A stretch of 64,000 nucleotides of DNA from Thecamonas trahens ATCC 50062 (Eukaryota; Protista; Apusomonadida): the NCBI RefSeq assembly GCF_000142905.1, contig NW_013657661.1, positions 453,692 through 517,691 of the forward strand, in the 5' to 3' direction. Each line of letters opens with the position of its first letter. The first letter of the stretch is position 1. A program made the translations under genes and the position numbers. Below the pieces are notes generated by a model. The model did no database searches. It was not told the DNA's origin and was given only the letters and a program-made list of their open reading frames with translations. Positions 35,103-47,668 of this stretch are shown in pieces.

Positions 35103-38100
35103 TCATGGACTCAAATCAGCGGCGCGTCTGATGGAGCCGGTGATGATGAGATAACAGCAATGGCCGCGGCTTTTCCTTCGGCTGGGCCCCCGCAACCGGC
35201 GACGGTGCATCGTTGACCGGCGAGACCCGGTTCGGGTTCTCACAATTGGGCAAGGATGCGCCAATGGGTGACGACGACGACGACGCCGAGAAGGAAGACG
35301 AGGATGGGGTGGCGGCGCCTGCCGCGCCTGTCGAGCTCGTCGTCGAGCTCGACGAGCTCTGGCTTTCATGGCGGCTTTCGTCTCGCGGACGTGGGCGAGA
35401 CGGACGGCGTTGGCGACGCTCCGCAGCCTGTGACCCTGCTTGGACGACGACGAGCGATGGCGGCGGGACGAGCGGTGGGAGGTGGCGCCGGATGCGGTAG
35501 CCGGCGGCGTAAGCGAGTCGTAACCAGGCAGCGCCGTCGTGTTGAGCATCGACATGTCGAGCGAGGCGTCGCCGGCCATGTCTTGGGACGCGATGAACCG
35601 CGAATACCTCTGGCGCTGTAGGATGCGGACGGCGCGCGGACCGCCGCCATCGGAGCCTTTGACAGTCACAGCATTGATGCGGGAGCCGAGATCGCCTGAT
35701 GCTGACGCCGCAATACCGCGGTACGCCAGCGACGACGCCGAGTTGGTGCGGACCGACTCGGCACCGTGCGGCGATGACGACTCGAGCGGCGATGCCCGGA
35801 CGCTTGCAAGCGCAAGCGGCCCGGGGTGAAACGGTGCAGCGTCTTGGCTGACTGCGCTGTGACTCCATTGTCGTCCTCGGATGAGTTGCACGCCGGGTCG
35901 TAGACGCCAAACGCGGCGGTGTCGAGCTCGATGTCATGACCAGGAGAGACCTCGCCGCCGCCGTCCTGCGCGCCGTCCAAGGATGATGGCGGCAGCAAGC
36001 TGGTGTGAGCGTTGCCGTCGCCGTCATCGGTCTCGAGCGGGAGCTCGGCGTGGACCAGCAGCGAGTTCTCACGAGCAAGAAGGAAGATTTCGAGAACAAG
36101 CGAGACGAGGACGTTGATGACGATGTTTGAGACGATAAAGGTGAAAGAGACAAAGTAGACCGAGGCAAACTTGGTGCCGACAGCCTCAAGCGCCGGGAAC
36201 ATGATGTCGTGCCAGTTGGACTGGGTGAGGAGCTGAAAGAGGAGCAGAAAGGTGTGTGCCGGAGTCGAGAACGTGGCCCATGCATTAACCTCGTCGACGT
36301 AGCCGGGCACCTCTTCGAGCGAAGCGCCCCAGATCTCCATGCCCAGGATGGCGTAAAAGTAAAAGACAATGAGCAGCAGGCCGCCGACAATGTACAGCGG
36401 CGTGCCGATTTTGAGAAAGGTGTCGGTAAAGGTCTTGAACCGCGGAATGCAAGTGAGGATGCGCCACATGCGAATGGAGCGGAAGGAGCGAAGCCGGATG
36501 TTGGCGACAGCGGCGGTGGGCGCCAGACCCGAAGCGAGCGAGACGAGGACGAGGACAACGTCGAACCGGTTCCAACCCCACGAAGAAAAGGCGCAAAGCC
36601 CCAGGCGGCCATGCGGAGGAGGAGCTCAGCGCAGGAGAGGAAGAGAATGGCGTAGTCAAGATAGACAAAGACGGCTCGCTCCGGCGATCGCGGCGGGTAG
36701 TTGGGGATCGAGCACGAGACAAAGATGTTGAAGGCAATAAGCACAGTGACGGCGTTGAGAAAGGCTTTGTGGGTGACGATCTTCTGTAGCGACGGCCGCG
36801 GCACGTACATCCACGAGGTGAGGAGGCCTGCCTCCCACGACGACGGCCCCGAGGCCTCAACCTCGAAGCGGAGAAGGAGGCAGTCAACAAGCTCAAAGAA
36901 CTCCAGAACGTCGACAGTCCCGTTGCCGTCTTGATCGATGACTGAGAAGAGAAGCTTGATCTCGTGTTCCTCGCGTTGAACCTTGAGCGTCTCGATGAGG
37001 TCGTGCCAGGTCTCAAAGGTGACCGAGTTGTCCGAGGTGCGCGGAAGGCACTGAAAGGCGGCGAGCAGGGCCTGGCGCTCCATGATTCGGTCCTCGAGCG
37101 CCTGCTTCTTGCGCTGGACTTTGAAAGAGTCAAAGATGACGGCGACGGCGACCGAGAGCAGCATGTAGACACCAAAGAAGATAAAGACAACAAAAAAGAC
37201 AACAAAGCCTTGGTTGAGCCGAAATGCTGGGTACATGACGTCCGGGTAGTTTTCGGTAGTGAGGAGGACGTAGAGCGAGAGCATGCCCGACTGGACGTCG
37301 TCAAAGTGGGAAGCCGGGCGGATGCCAGTTGCCGGATCGGTGTACTCGCCCTGGAAGAGCTCGGCGCCCATGACGGCAAAAAGATGACCATGAGCGTGGT
37401 CATGAGTACAACGTCGACAAGCGCCGGCATGGTCCGGATGAGAACAACAAAGTTCTTGCGGAGGACTTTGGCGCGGAAGAGCTGCAGCGAGCGGAGGAGG
37501 CGTGAGACACGCATGAACGGAACAGCCTCGACTGAAATGTGGAGGAGGACGTCGGCGGTAATGACGACCACGATGACCGACTGGACAAGAACCCACGAGA
37601 CGCGCGAGAGCCACTCGGGCATGCTGGCCGCCAGTAGCCGCGCGCAGAGGCCCGGCGGCGGAGTGTGCCCTTTGCTCTCGCTCAGCATCGACGGCGGGCG
37701 GAAGAACCGGGCGGTGCCCGAGTGATAAAGCTCCATGCCGAGGTCGATGCCGTAGACAACGATGCAGAAGAGTTCCGGAAGAAGGAGGTGGAGCGGGAGC
37801 GTGGCGTCGGCAGTCTGCGCCGGCTCGCCAAAGACGAGGCACATCTGGAAGAGGACCACAAAGTAGAGAAAGTAGTTCCAGCCCCTTGTGTGCTGGAAGC
37901 GGTAGACCCGCATCTGCGCCGGCGAGGTGCGGGTAAGCTTGGGCGGGCGTCCGTGAATGGCGTCAAGGATGTAAGCGCCGGCCAGCTCGAGGGCTTCCTT
38001 GTGCTGCTCCGATGTGAGCACCGGCGCGACGTCGTACGAGTACGAGTACGAGTAGGCGTAGGCCGAGCTCTCGTTGTCAGAGTCAGAGCTGGCCGAACCG

Positions 38101-39935
38101 GTGTCTGAGACAATGGATGGCAAGTCGGCGCAGGCTGGCGAGGTCGGGTCATTGGAGTCGTTACGGTTCCGGCTCCTATTCTTGGATCGCAGGCCGCTGA
38201 AGGAGTCGGCCGACGGCAGCTTGTTGAGGTGCTTCTGCACAATGAGCTGGTCTAGCTCGGTCGGGTCGACGCCCGACTCGCGCAGGTGCTGATGTAGGTT
38301 CTGCAGCCTCGCGGTGTCCTTGGCTTTGACGGCCGAGTTGGGCGGCTTTAGCGTCGTCTTGGTCTCGCCGCGCTTGAGTTGGCGGATCTTGGCGTCGGCC
38401 TTGCCGGGCGTCAGGGCGGTAAACGATTTGGCCGACGGCAGCCGCTGCGGCGGGAGCGGCCTGGATGACTGCGCCGGCGAGGCCGGAGGGACCAGGAGCA
38501 CCGGACCGGCGGTGCCTGCCACCGAAATCGACGTCGACCGTCTGCGGCGGCGGCGAACCGAGCTGTTTGGCGAGCGGGGCGAGATGCGCGAGCAGGTCTC
38601 AGTCCGCGGCGAACGCGACGAATTGCGTGACGAGCCAGAGCCGCCCGAGACCTCGGGCCGGCGCGGTACCAGGTGGTGGCGCGAGCTGCTGGTTTGGGCC
38701 CGGGGCAGCTTGTCGGACGGGGCCGGAAGCGAGGGGCTCTGTGAGAGTTCGTCAGAGTCCGAGTCTTGGCGATGCGGCCGGATTTGGAGAAGGAGCTGGC
38801 GATTGTGCTCACCCTTGGTAGCCATGGCCGCCACCGAGGCCTCGGTCGGCTGCTGGGCAATCGGGCGCGAGAGCGATGACCGCCGCGCGAGTGCCTTGTC
38901 CTCGAGCTTGATGAGGTCGCGGACAAGGTCCGGCGATGCCACCAGAGAGTCGCGCTTAGTCTGCGGAAGCCGTTGCTTGAGCAGGGTGTCTGCGCGGGCG
39001 GCAAGGTTGTCGGGCGAGCGCGGCGAAGAGTGGCCGTGATGGTGGCGGTGTCGGTGGCGGTGGTGATGGTGCGAGTGCTCCAGCGACGGCACGGCCTCTA
39101 GCTGGACCGATCCGCGGTGTCCAATGTCGGCACGCGCTGCTTGAGCGAGGAGTGCTGCGGACTGCTCGCGGCTCGGCGACACGGACGCTGTCTGTCGGCG
39201 CTGTAGCTTGCGAGTGTGCAGTGCAGTCGGGGCGCGGCGGATGCGGCGGACAGCTTCGACTACGCCTGCAGTGCCCGAGGCACGCGGCGCGACGAGCGAG
39301 AGCTGGGCAAAGCGTGCCGGTGGCAACGGCTTGCCGCCGCCTTCAGTGGCGTGCAGCGAGCGAAGGGTAGACCCGACAGTAGCTTGCGCGGCGTCGGGGC
39401 GTCGGGAGCAGGTCATGTCCCACGACTCTGACGATCCGACGGGCGAGTGGCTTCTCGAGCCCGAGGATAGCATGGCGCCGCGAGCCGACGCAACCGAGGC
39501 ATGCGAATGCGAGATGGCCGACGAGTCGAGTGAGGAGAAGAGCTCGCTGTTATCGCCGTCGCGTTGGACGCGAACAACCAGCGGCTCCGAGTCGGACGAG
39601 TCGGCTACAAACCGCGGACCGGCTGTGGGCAGAGGCGGCAGCGAGGGTGGCGGCGGAGCCGACGACTGTGACGACGATGCCTGGCGACTCCTCCACCGCG
39701 ACTGACTCAGCATCGAGTCGTCGGAAGAGGGGGCCTGTTGCGTGTATCCATCACGGGCACAGGAGCGGGAGCGGGATCGGGCACGGGAGCGGGATCGGGC
39801 ACGGGAGCGGGAGCGGGCACGGGAGCGGGAGCGAGAGCGAGTTCGCGGCAATGGAGGCTGCGCTCTGTTTGCGCGAATACGCTCGATGGCTTCTCTAGCA
39901 CCATCTCTGTCGAGTTCTGCCATGAGCTGGACCAA
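35103..39935 (-). CDS. TPC: Two-pore cation channel with long low-complexity N- and C-termini; at least 3 apparent 1-nt deletions (37378-82, 36583-89, 35823-31)
   Basis: A..YI.DAI.GR lead-in, S4 RVSRLLR, filter I LLTTENYPDVMYPA, EF-hand DQDGNGTVDVLEF, second repeat WNRFD with S4 RLRSFRSIR, filter II LLTQSNWHDIM. Start and end uncertain, with a gap upstream. Confidence 0.87.
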
Positions 39936-40104
39936 TGACCGTTGCCGTTGTACTGTGGCTGACGGTGAGTCGGTCCGGCTGCCGTCTGGCTCTGTCGTCC
40001 GAGAGAGTTTGGAGTTGAGTCTGCGGCACAGGGGGGAGGGAAGGGGGGGGGGGGGGGTGGGGGGAGGGGGAGGGGGGGGGAGGGAGGAGAGACGACGACG
40101 ACGA

Positions 40105-40204
40105 NNNNNNNNNNNNNNNNNNNNNNNNNNNNNNNNNNNNNNNNNNNNNNNNNNNNNNNNNNNNNNNNNNNNNNNNNNNNNNNNNNNNNNNNNNNNNNNN
40201 NNNN
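40105..40204. other. Assembly gap (100 N)
   Basis: Run of N following a G-rich tract. Confidence 1.
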
Positions 40205-40654
40205 TCCGCGTCTCGCACGAGTAAGCAGGAATAGGGATGTATAGAAAAGTGAGACAGTCTTGGCCGCGCGATCATGCGACGGCGCCAGCAGGGCGCCGCC
40301 GGGCGAGCTCTGGTTGCGGCTTCTGCGGGGCGGGCCTTAGCATATTGCATGATTGCGTTTCCGGTGACAATTTGCAGGTCGTCAACACCGGCGTCCGACA
40401 GCTGTGGTTGGTCGGAGGACGGAGGGGAGGGGTGGTTAGGCAAGAGAGTGGGGGAGGACGGCTTGATCAGCTGCCGAGTGCGGAGGGGGGAGTTCCCGGT
40501 AGAGGCGGCATAAAATTGTGGGTAATACGCATTTTTACAGTTTGCTCACACACGTTGGCCAGCACAGACGTAGTTGGCCAAGGCGGGAAGCAAGATGACA
40601 AGAAGCGCATAAGGGGGTGTGCTCTCACAAGAGCGAAAACTGCCCACGCAAGAC

Positions 40655-41361
40655 TTAGGCCACGATAGCAAAGAGGGCGGAGACGGCGAGGACGAGGGCG
40701 CCCAGGATGCTGGCGGTCGGGGAGACCGAGGAGGCGGCCGAGGTACCGGCCGGAGCAACGTAGCTAGCATAGCCGTTGCCCTCGACGGTGTCGCCGGTCT
40801 TGACCTCACCGCAGGTGTCGATAGGGTAGGCGGTCTTGTCGCTGCCGCACTGCCCGCAGTTGGTCCCGGAGCAGCCGGCAACCTCAATGTTCGAGCCGAC
40901 CTTTGTGAGGGTGTTCGAGGTACCGCCGACCTGCGGGGCGCACTGGCGGGTCGAAGCCACAATCGAAGTCACGTTGGAGATGTCGCACGAGGGGTCAGTC
41001 TCGTCGAAGACGCGGAGGATGTAGGGGAAGTTGGAGACGGCAGGCGCGGCAGCCTCGCAGGTGGTCTTGGAGTAAAAGTTGGACTGGCCGATCTTGGCGC
41101 AGTCGGACGCAGTGCAGAACGGGTTCTGGTTGACGGAAACGCCGATCTGGTCGTTGTCGGCACAGGTGCTCGAAGTGTACACCTTGTCCACCTTCCAGTC
41201 CTGGGCAGACGCGAGCGCAACTAGGGCGGCAAGAACAAACGCAACAGCAAGCCTGTGGCAGACGGCGTCGAGCAGGAAAAAGAGAGTGAGTGGGTGCCGA
41301 GTAGCGGAGCCGGAGGAGAATGCGAGCAAGCTCATAGCGGCCTAGTAGATGCTTACTTCAT
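40655..41361 (-). CDS. Small Cys-rich secreted, probably GPI-anchored surface protein; intron 41253-41356
   Basis: ATG AA|GTAAGC...CACAG|G gives the signal peptide MKLAVAFVLAALVALASA. About 10 Cys, a small-residue omega region and a hydrophobic C-terminus (SILGALVLAVSALFAIVA*). Confidence 0.8.
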
Positions 41362-41768
41362 GATGGTCACGAGGAAACAGTAGATGTGTACAGAGACCGC
41401 GTGTGTTGGTGGGGCAATAAAGGCGGTCTGTTTTAACGATTCTGACACAATCGCATATGCCACATGTATAACGCGTGAATTTTTTCGCATGTGAGGCGGC
41501 TGCGCGTACCGGCGGGGGTGACGGACCCCGGGGCTATTGAGAAGAGTATAGGGTGTGGCAAGGAGCTCATAAGGATGGTATGGGGGTGTTAACGACAGCC
41601 TGCTGGGGTGAGGGCTGCAGGATGGCAAGAACGGCGATGTGGAAGGTACAATGGTGGCGGGGAGGGAGGTTGGGTGAGAGTGGACGCCTCATTTTTTTGC
41701 ACAAGTTGTATGAAGCTGCGAGCGGGTTCGGCGGCGACAACGACAAGAGCGGCGAGGCTGACGGCGGG

Positions 41769-44662
41769 CTACGAAGCCATGGACGAGCGGGTCTTGAACG
41801 AGCCGTCGAACGAGGGACGCCGCTTATTAGGGCGCAGTGAGCGTCGGGAGCGGGCGGATGGGCGGTCACCGATGGTGCGGAGAATCTGAGTGAGGGCCGG
41901 CCCATAGGCCTTGGCGACGTCCGCGGACGAGTTCATGGCGTCGGTAAGAATGGCAACGCCGCCCTGGTCGAGGAGGACAGCGAGGTTGTGCTCGAGGGCC
42001 ATAGCGTTGATGATGGCGCCGACGAGGGCGACAACTGCAGAGTCCGAGCGGCGGTGCCGCCGTGCCAGCTGCAGGAGCAGAACCATGCCGTTGTGGCGGG
42101 CGAGGTCGAGCTGGGCCTGTGGTGAGTCAAAGAGCATGTTTTGACCAGTCGGGCACCAGCGCGGGCGAGCTCGGCCTCAGCCGGTCCGTGCAAAGCGAGG
42201 ATGGCGAGGACGCCGCGGACGCCGCGCCCGGCAACAAGAGCGTCCTTCCACTCTGGGCGGCCAAAGACGAGAGCTTTGAGAAGGGCAAAGCCCTGGACGA
42301 GGACATCGACAAAGCCGCGGAGGTCATCAAGGACGAGCATGACCTTGTCGAGAAAGTGGGTCTTGTCTGGCGCCCACTCGGAGAGCCTGACGACGCTCTC
42401 GAGCAGGTTTGCCGGCGTGTCGCCGGCGCCAGTGTCGACGAGGACTGGTAGGCCACGGCCGGCTGGCGATCGACCTGCCGACGGCGAGCTGGGCGGCGCT
42501 GAGCCTTGGGTCGGACCTGTGCTGGCACACAGCCGGTTCGCGGTCCGATCCAGTGCCACAAAGGCACGGAGGAAACACATGGCCTCGGTGGCGAGCAGCG
42601 CATGGCCCGACGCGCTGAGCAAGAGGTCTCGGGAAAGGCGGGCGGCATCGAGCGGCGGCGAGGCGAGCGCCACCAGGTAATCCTGTGAGGCGGCACCGAT
42701 GTGGCGCAGAAGGCGCAGAGCCATGACTAGCATGTCAGCGGCGTGGAGATGGCTGCGCGCGAGGGCGACGACCTTGGCAGGGACGTCGAGGGCGACGAGC
42801 GAGGTAACGGCGAGAGGATTGAGGGTGAGGTTGACAAAGAGCGCGAGGCAGGCGGCCAGCAGGTCGGGATGCATGTCGTGCTCGTCCATGACCTGCAGGA
42901 CGAGCGAGATGCCCGAGTGCTCGCGGACAAGAACGCAGGCGAGGTCGGAGACGGTGACATCGACGAGGGCGGTGAGTGTCTTGAGCTGAGCCATGTAGCT
43001 CGCGTCCGAGTTGGCAAGCTGTGCGAGCAGCGGCTGGACCTCGTGGTGCGGCACAACTTCGGCGCGGAGCGCAAGATCGGCCAGCCGCTGCTGCTCGGCG
43101 CTGAGCACGACAGAGCGGAGGCGGAGCGCAGAGCGGGCGCCGCCGAGCTCGTGCGCGAGCGCCTCGGTCGGCGCGCATGAGAGCTGGGCCACGGCCGATG
43201 CCTTGTCGACCTCGACCGACTGTAGCGCGTCCCACCATGGGCTCGCCGACTCTTCGTCGAGGGGAAAGCCGAGGATGACCGGCTCGAGCGCCGTGTCAAA
43301 CTGGAGCACGAGCGGCTCAGACCATCCTTGCGCGAGGTAGGCCGACCACGAGGCCGCCAGTTCGTAGTCGACATACGCGTCGTTGGAGTGGACGGTCTCG
43401 GACATGACATCGGCGACATCGAGCTGGACGTCGGCGAGCGGGACCCAGTACTTGAGGGTGTAGTGCGGGTGAGGCGGGGCGCCCGGAAGTGGCGGCGGCG
43501 GCGGGCGGAGGAGGAGGGCGACGTCGGTGAAGAGCAAGAGCAGGCCCATCCGCAACGGGGCCGAGACGGTAGCAAAGTAAACAGGCGCCTCTGCCACAAA
43601 GGCGCGGGTTGGCGAGGCGAGCAGGTGGTACGGCTGCGGGCCGTCGGGCATGTCGCTCTCCATCAGCTGGGCGTACTCGAACAGCTGAGTCACTCGCTCG
43701 AGCTGAGGCCGCCTGGCGCACAACTCGGTCTCGACTCGCTGGAGAGCGGTCCACGCGCTCTCGAGCGCGGTATAGTCGGGGTGCGACGGGATGGTGCCCT
43801 GCAGCAGGTGTGAGACCTCGCGGAACATCCGCCCGAGATGGACAAGTGGCCGCGAGAAGTAGTAGGCCACAGACTTGATTTCGAGTACATCGGCATCGGG
43901 CTGCAGTGCGGCCTGCGCTGCATCGTATTCGAGCTTGTCGAGGAGGGCCACAAACTTGGGGTTGGCGAGGAGCGAGCCGAGTAGCTGGACTGATGTCGAG
44001 TAGTTGGCGGTAAAGTCGGAGACAAGCTCCGCAAGCAGCGGCACGTCGCTGCTCTCGCCCCGCCCCACAAATGCACCCAGCGCGGTTCCGATCCGCGACG
44101 AGGCATCCCACGACTTGAGCGCCGATGCGAGCGCGCTCTGTAGCGCACCCGCCCGTGCCTCAATCTCAGCCAGGGCTCGCGGGAAAACGGTGTCGAGCTC
44201 CGATTGCGAGAGCGCAAACGGAACGTCGAGCCCGGGAGCGGAAGCCTTGCTCTTGAGGACCGAGGACGAGCGAGAGAGCCGCCCGCTCGAGCCGACGGAA
44301 GAGCCGTCGCGCGATCGTGATCGGGCGAGCGAGCGCGAGTGGGCAAGCGTGCGGCTCTGTGAGACAGCCTCGAGCTTTTGAGCCGCCATCGAGAGCTCGC
44401 CGGTCGTCATGAGCGAGTCCCGTGACCGCGAGAGCATCGAAGCCTGTGGCGTCAGCGTCCGCGGCGTGACAGATCGCGAGCCAGCTCGTGAGGGAGAGCG
44501 TGGCGGCGGGCGAGTGGCAGCGAGCGTAGCTGCCGCCAGCGGCTTGTACAGCGAGTTGGAGAGAACATACAGGTCATTGACTAGCTCGGTGGTGACTGCC
44601 AACAGTCGCTGTGCAATGTCTGCCCGGTGGGGCAGAGGGCCTGTGTCGTTGGGATCGGCCAT
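41769..44662 (-). CDS. Divergent DH-PH (RhoGEF-like) protein with C-terminal armadillo-like repeats; apparent 1-nt deletion at 42139-42
   Basis: DH-like R..IAQ.LL.....V.DL..L....YKPL and YFSRPLVHL.R....LL..T..SHPDY..L..A, PH-like LLLLFTDVALL, then helical ARM-type repeats. Confidence 0.68.
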
Positions 44663-45303
44663 GGCCTGAGCGAGCCGAGTGGTGGCAACGTGAAGGAGGG
44701 AATCGTTGGGTGTTGTTAACGCATTTATCGTTGGCACATTAATCACAGTCGTTGGTTTGACGAATCATAGGTTCACCAGTCGTTCCACTCTCAACGAAAT
44801 CACAATATAATGAACAACAACGAATGCCAAGGTGCGGGTTGATTGCGGGAGGGAGGTTGGGAGAGGGACTCGGGAGGGGGCAGGGGGGGGTGGGGCGGTG
44901 GGGGGTAGCAGACCGACAACGAATGACAACGGCAGTTGTCGCCACCGACTACCCCACCCTGCACCAGAGTAAGGTGGTAGGTAGACCTAAGTCGGTACCA
45001 AGCACGTTACCTCGTACAGCATCTGTTGCGTGTGTGACAGAGCACCTTCTGCAAGCCTTCGGCAAGCCGTCCACCCCCCCCCCCCCCCCTCCGCCCTACT
45101 GTCAGTTGTTGGCCGTTGTCGTCTGGAGCTATTACCAGCCAGTCAGCCAGCCAGCCTCGGCAGGAGCTATCACCTCAGCCTCCTTGCCCCTTGTCGGTCG
45201 CTCTGTGAGGAGAAGACAAGGTTGGTGGGTGTGCGGTTGAGAGAGTGGGCATTGACTGCAGTTGAGCAAGAGAGAGAGAGACGGGAGAGCAAGTGGAGCT
45301 TCC

Positions 45304-45827
45304 ATGGGCTGCGGAGCATCAAAGAGCTCGGCGTCGGACACGGCGCCGCAGCAAAAGCGCAAGAAGGGAAAAAGGGTGCGATTGCGGCGGCAAACCCGTT
45401 TGATGAGACGCCGCTGCCGAGCCAGACTGTGGCCGGCCCAGAGAGTGGCCTGGATCCGGCCAAGATCGAAGAGGGCCTGCCGCCGCCAGACTACGTCCCG
45501 CCGAACCTCGTCGAGTGCCCCATCTGTGAGCGCAAGTTTGCAGAGGATCGCATCGCAAAGCACAAGAAGGCATGCAAGGCTGCCAACAAGGAGCGCAGAG
45601 CGTTTGACACGAAGCGCATGCGCCAGGAGCGCGACGCCCGCAAGGCAGAGGCTGCCTCTGACTTTGACGATTCGGTCCTCGACGAGAACCGCGGCAAGTG
45701 GCGCGAGCAGCACGAGGACTTTATCCGCAAGGTCCGTCGCGACAAGGCAGGCTCCGCATCCAACACGCCGCAGAAGGGCACCAAGCGCCCGCCGCAGAAG
45801 CGCGGGCGGGCCCCACGGCGCCGGTAG
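45304..45827 (+). CDS. C2HC-type zinc finger protein (ZC2HC1-like) with N-terminal MGCGAS acylation motif; apparent 1-nt deletion near 45369-73
   Basis: LVECPICERKFAEDRIAKHKKACK....RRAFD..R and KWREQHEDFIR.VR. Confidence 0.75.
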
Positions 45828-46384
45828 CTCGCCCCCCCATCTGCATCGTCGCCATAGGTGTGCCAGGAATTGGTGATCAATAAATTGTTGGGTCGTGCTG
45901 AGTTGGGAGCACGCAAACGTGGCTAGAAACAGCAGCGACAATGTGAGCAAAGATCGACGGTATGCGCGGCTTATACCCCCCACACGCAAGTCGACTCTAC
46001 GATCACGGATTGACACGCTCTTTCTGCCCTTGCTGCATATGTACTCGGAGAGTATGAGCGGTCGCTTCCGTCAGACGAGCAAAAACATGGACGACTAACG
46101 CCACGACTTTCATGGCCAACACAGCACACTCACGCGGTCACGATGCGATCCAGGCATACCAGAAGAACACATCGCCACGCCTGCCACCCGCCATGCCCAC
46201 GACCCGCTGTAGTTACCGGCCCTACCCACGCAGCCCGCCAACACCGGCAGTGACGAGTCACGCTGCGCGCCGGCAGCGACGGGTCACGCCGGGCCGGCAG
46301 CGACTGACCGAGAGCCCAGCCAAGCAGTCGCCAACAGCGTGGCAGCGTACCTGTTCACCACTCCTCTCCCCAACCACCGACACC

Positions 46385-47640
46385 ATGTTTGCTCTCCCCC
46401 GTACCCTTGTGACGGCCCAGTTTGCCCGGACTGCTGTGCGGGCCAAGTCGAACGCGGCAGCCAAGCTTGACTCGCTGCTGGCGACCGAGCTGGAAGGCAT
46501 CCGCGAGGCCGGAACGTACAAGAACGAGCGCGTGATCACGTCGATGCAGGCTGCCGAGGTCGATGTGGGCCCTGATCACGTCATCAACCTGTGCGCCAAC
46601 AACTATCTTGGGCTCTGCGACCATCCCGAGCTGATCCAGGCCGGCAAGGACGCGCTCGACTCGCACGGTCTCGGGCTGGCGTCGGTGCGGTTCATCTGCG
46701 GGACGCAGGACATCCACAAGGAGTTGGAGGCCAACGTGGCCAAGTTCCACGGGATGGATGACGCCATTCTGTACGCGGCGTGCTTCGATGCTAACGCGGG
46801 CATCTTTGAGGCTCTCTTTACGCCGGACGACCTGCTCATCTCGGACGAGCTCAACCACGCGTCGATCATCGACGGCATGCGGCTGGCCAAGTGCCGGAAG
46901 ACCCGCTTTGCGCACATGGACATGCATGATCTCGAGGAGAAGCTCAAGGCCGGACAGGACGCTCGGCAGCGGCTGATTGTCACCGACGGCGTCTTCTCCA
47001 TGGACGGCGACATTGCGCCGCTGGAGGAGATTGTCAAGCTCGCGCAGGAGTACGACGCGCTCGTCATGGTCGACGAGTGCCACGCCACGGGCTTCCTCGG
47101 CGCCACTGGCCGCGGCACGCCCGAGTACTGCGGCGTTGCCGACGAGATTGACATTGTCAACTCGACACTGGGCAAGGCACTCGGCGGCGGGTCCGGCGGC
47201 TACACCACGGCTTCACAGGCCGTGGTCGACGTCCTCCGCCAGCGCTCGCGGCCGTACCTTTCTCGAACACGCTGGCACCGCCGCTGGTGGGTGCAGCCAA
47301 CAAAATGTTTGACATGCTCATGACCGACTCGTCGTTCAAGGACTCGCTCGACGCCAACGTCAAGCTCTTCCGCTCGTCGATGACCGACCTCGGCTTTACC
47401 ATTGCCGGCAAGGACCACCCGATCGCGCCTGTCATGCTCGGCGACGCCAAGCTCGCCGCCACCTTTGCCGACAAGATGCACGAGCGCGGCGTCTACGTTG
47501 TCGCCTTCTCCTACCCGGTCGTCCCGCAGGGCAAGGCCCGCATCCGGGTCCAGATCTCGGCCGCCCACTCGACGGACCAGATCAACCACGCCATCAACGC
47601 CTTTGCCGACGTCGGGCGCGAGCTCGGCGTCATTGCCTAG
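46385..47640 (+). CDS. GCAT: 2-amino-3-ketobutyrate CoA ligase (glycine C-acetyltransferase), mitochondrial; apparent 1-nt deletion at 47259-61
   Basis: [64 protein letters not shown][F]SN and [11 protein letters not shown]. Confidence 0.95.
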
Positions 47641-47668
47641 TGTCAGCGGCAAACTGGGCCGGTGTTGC

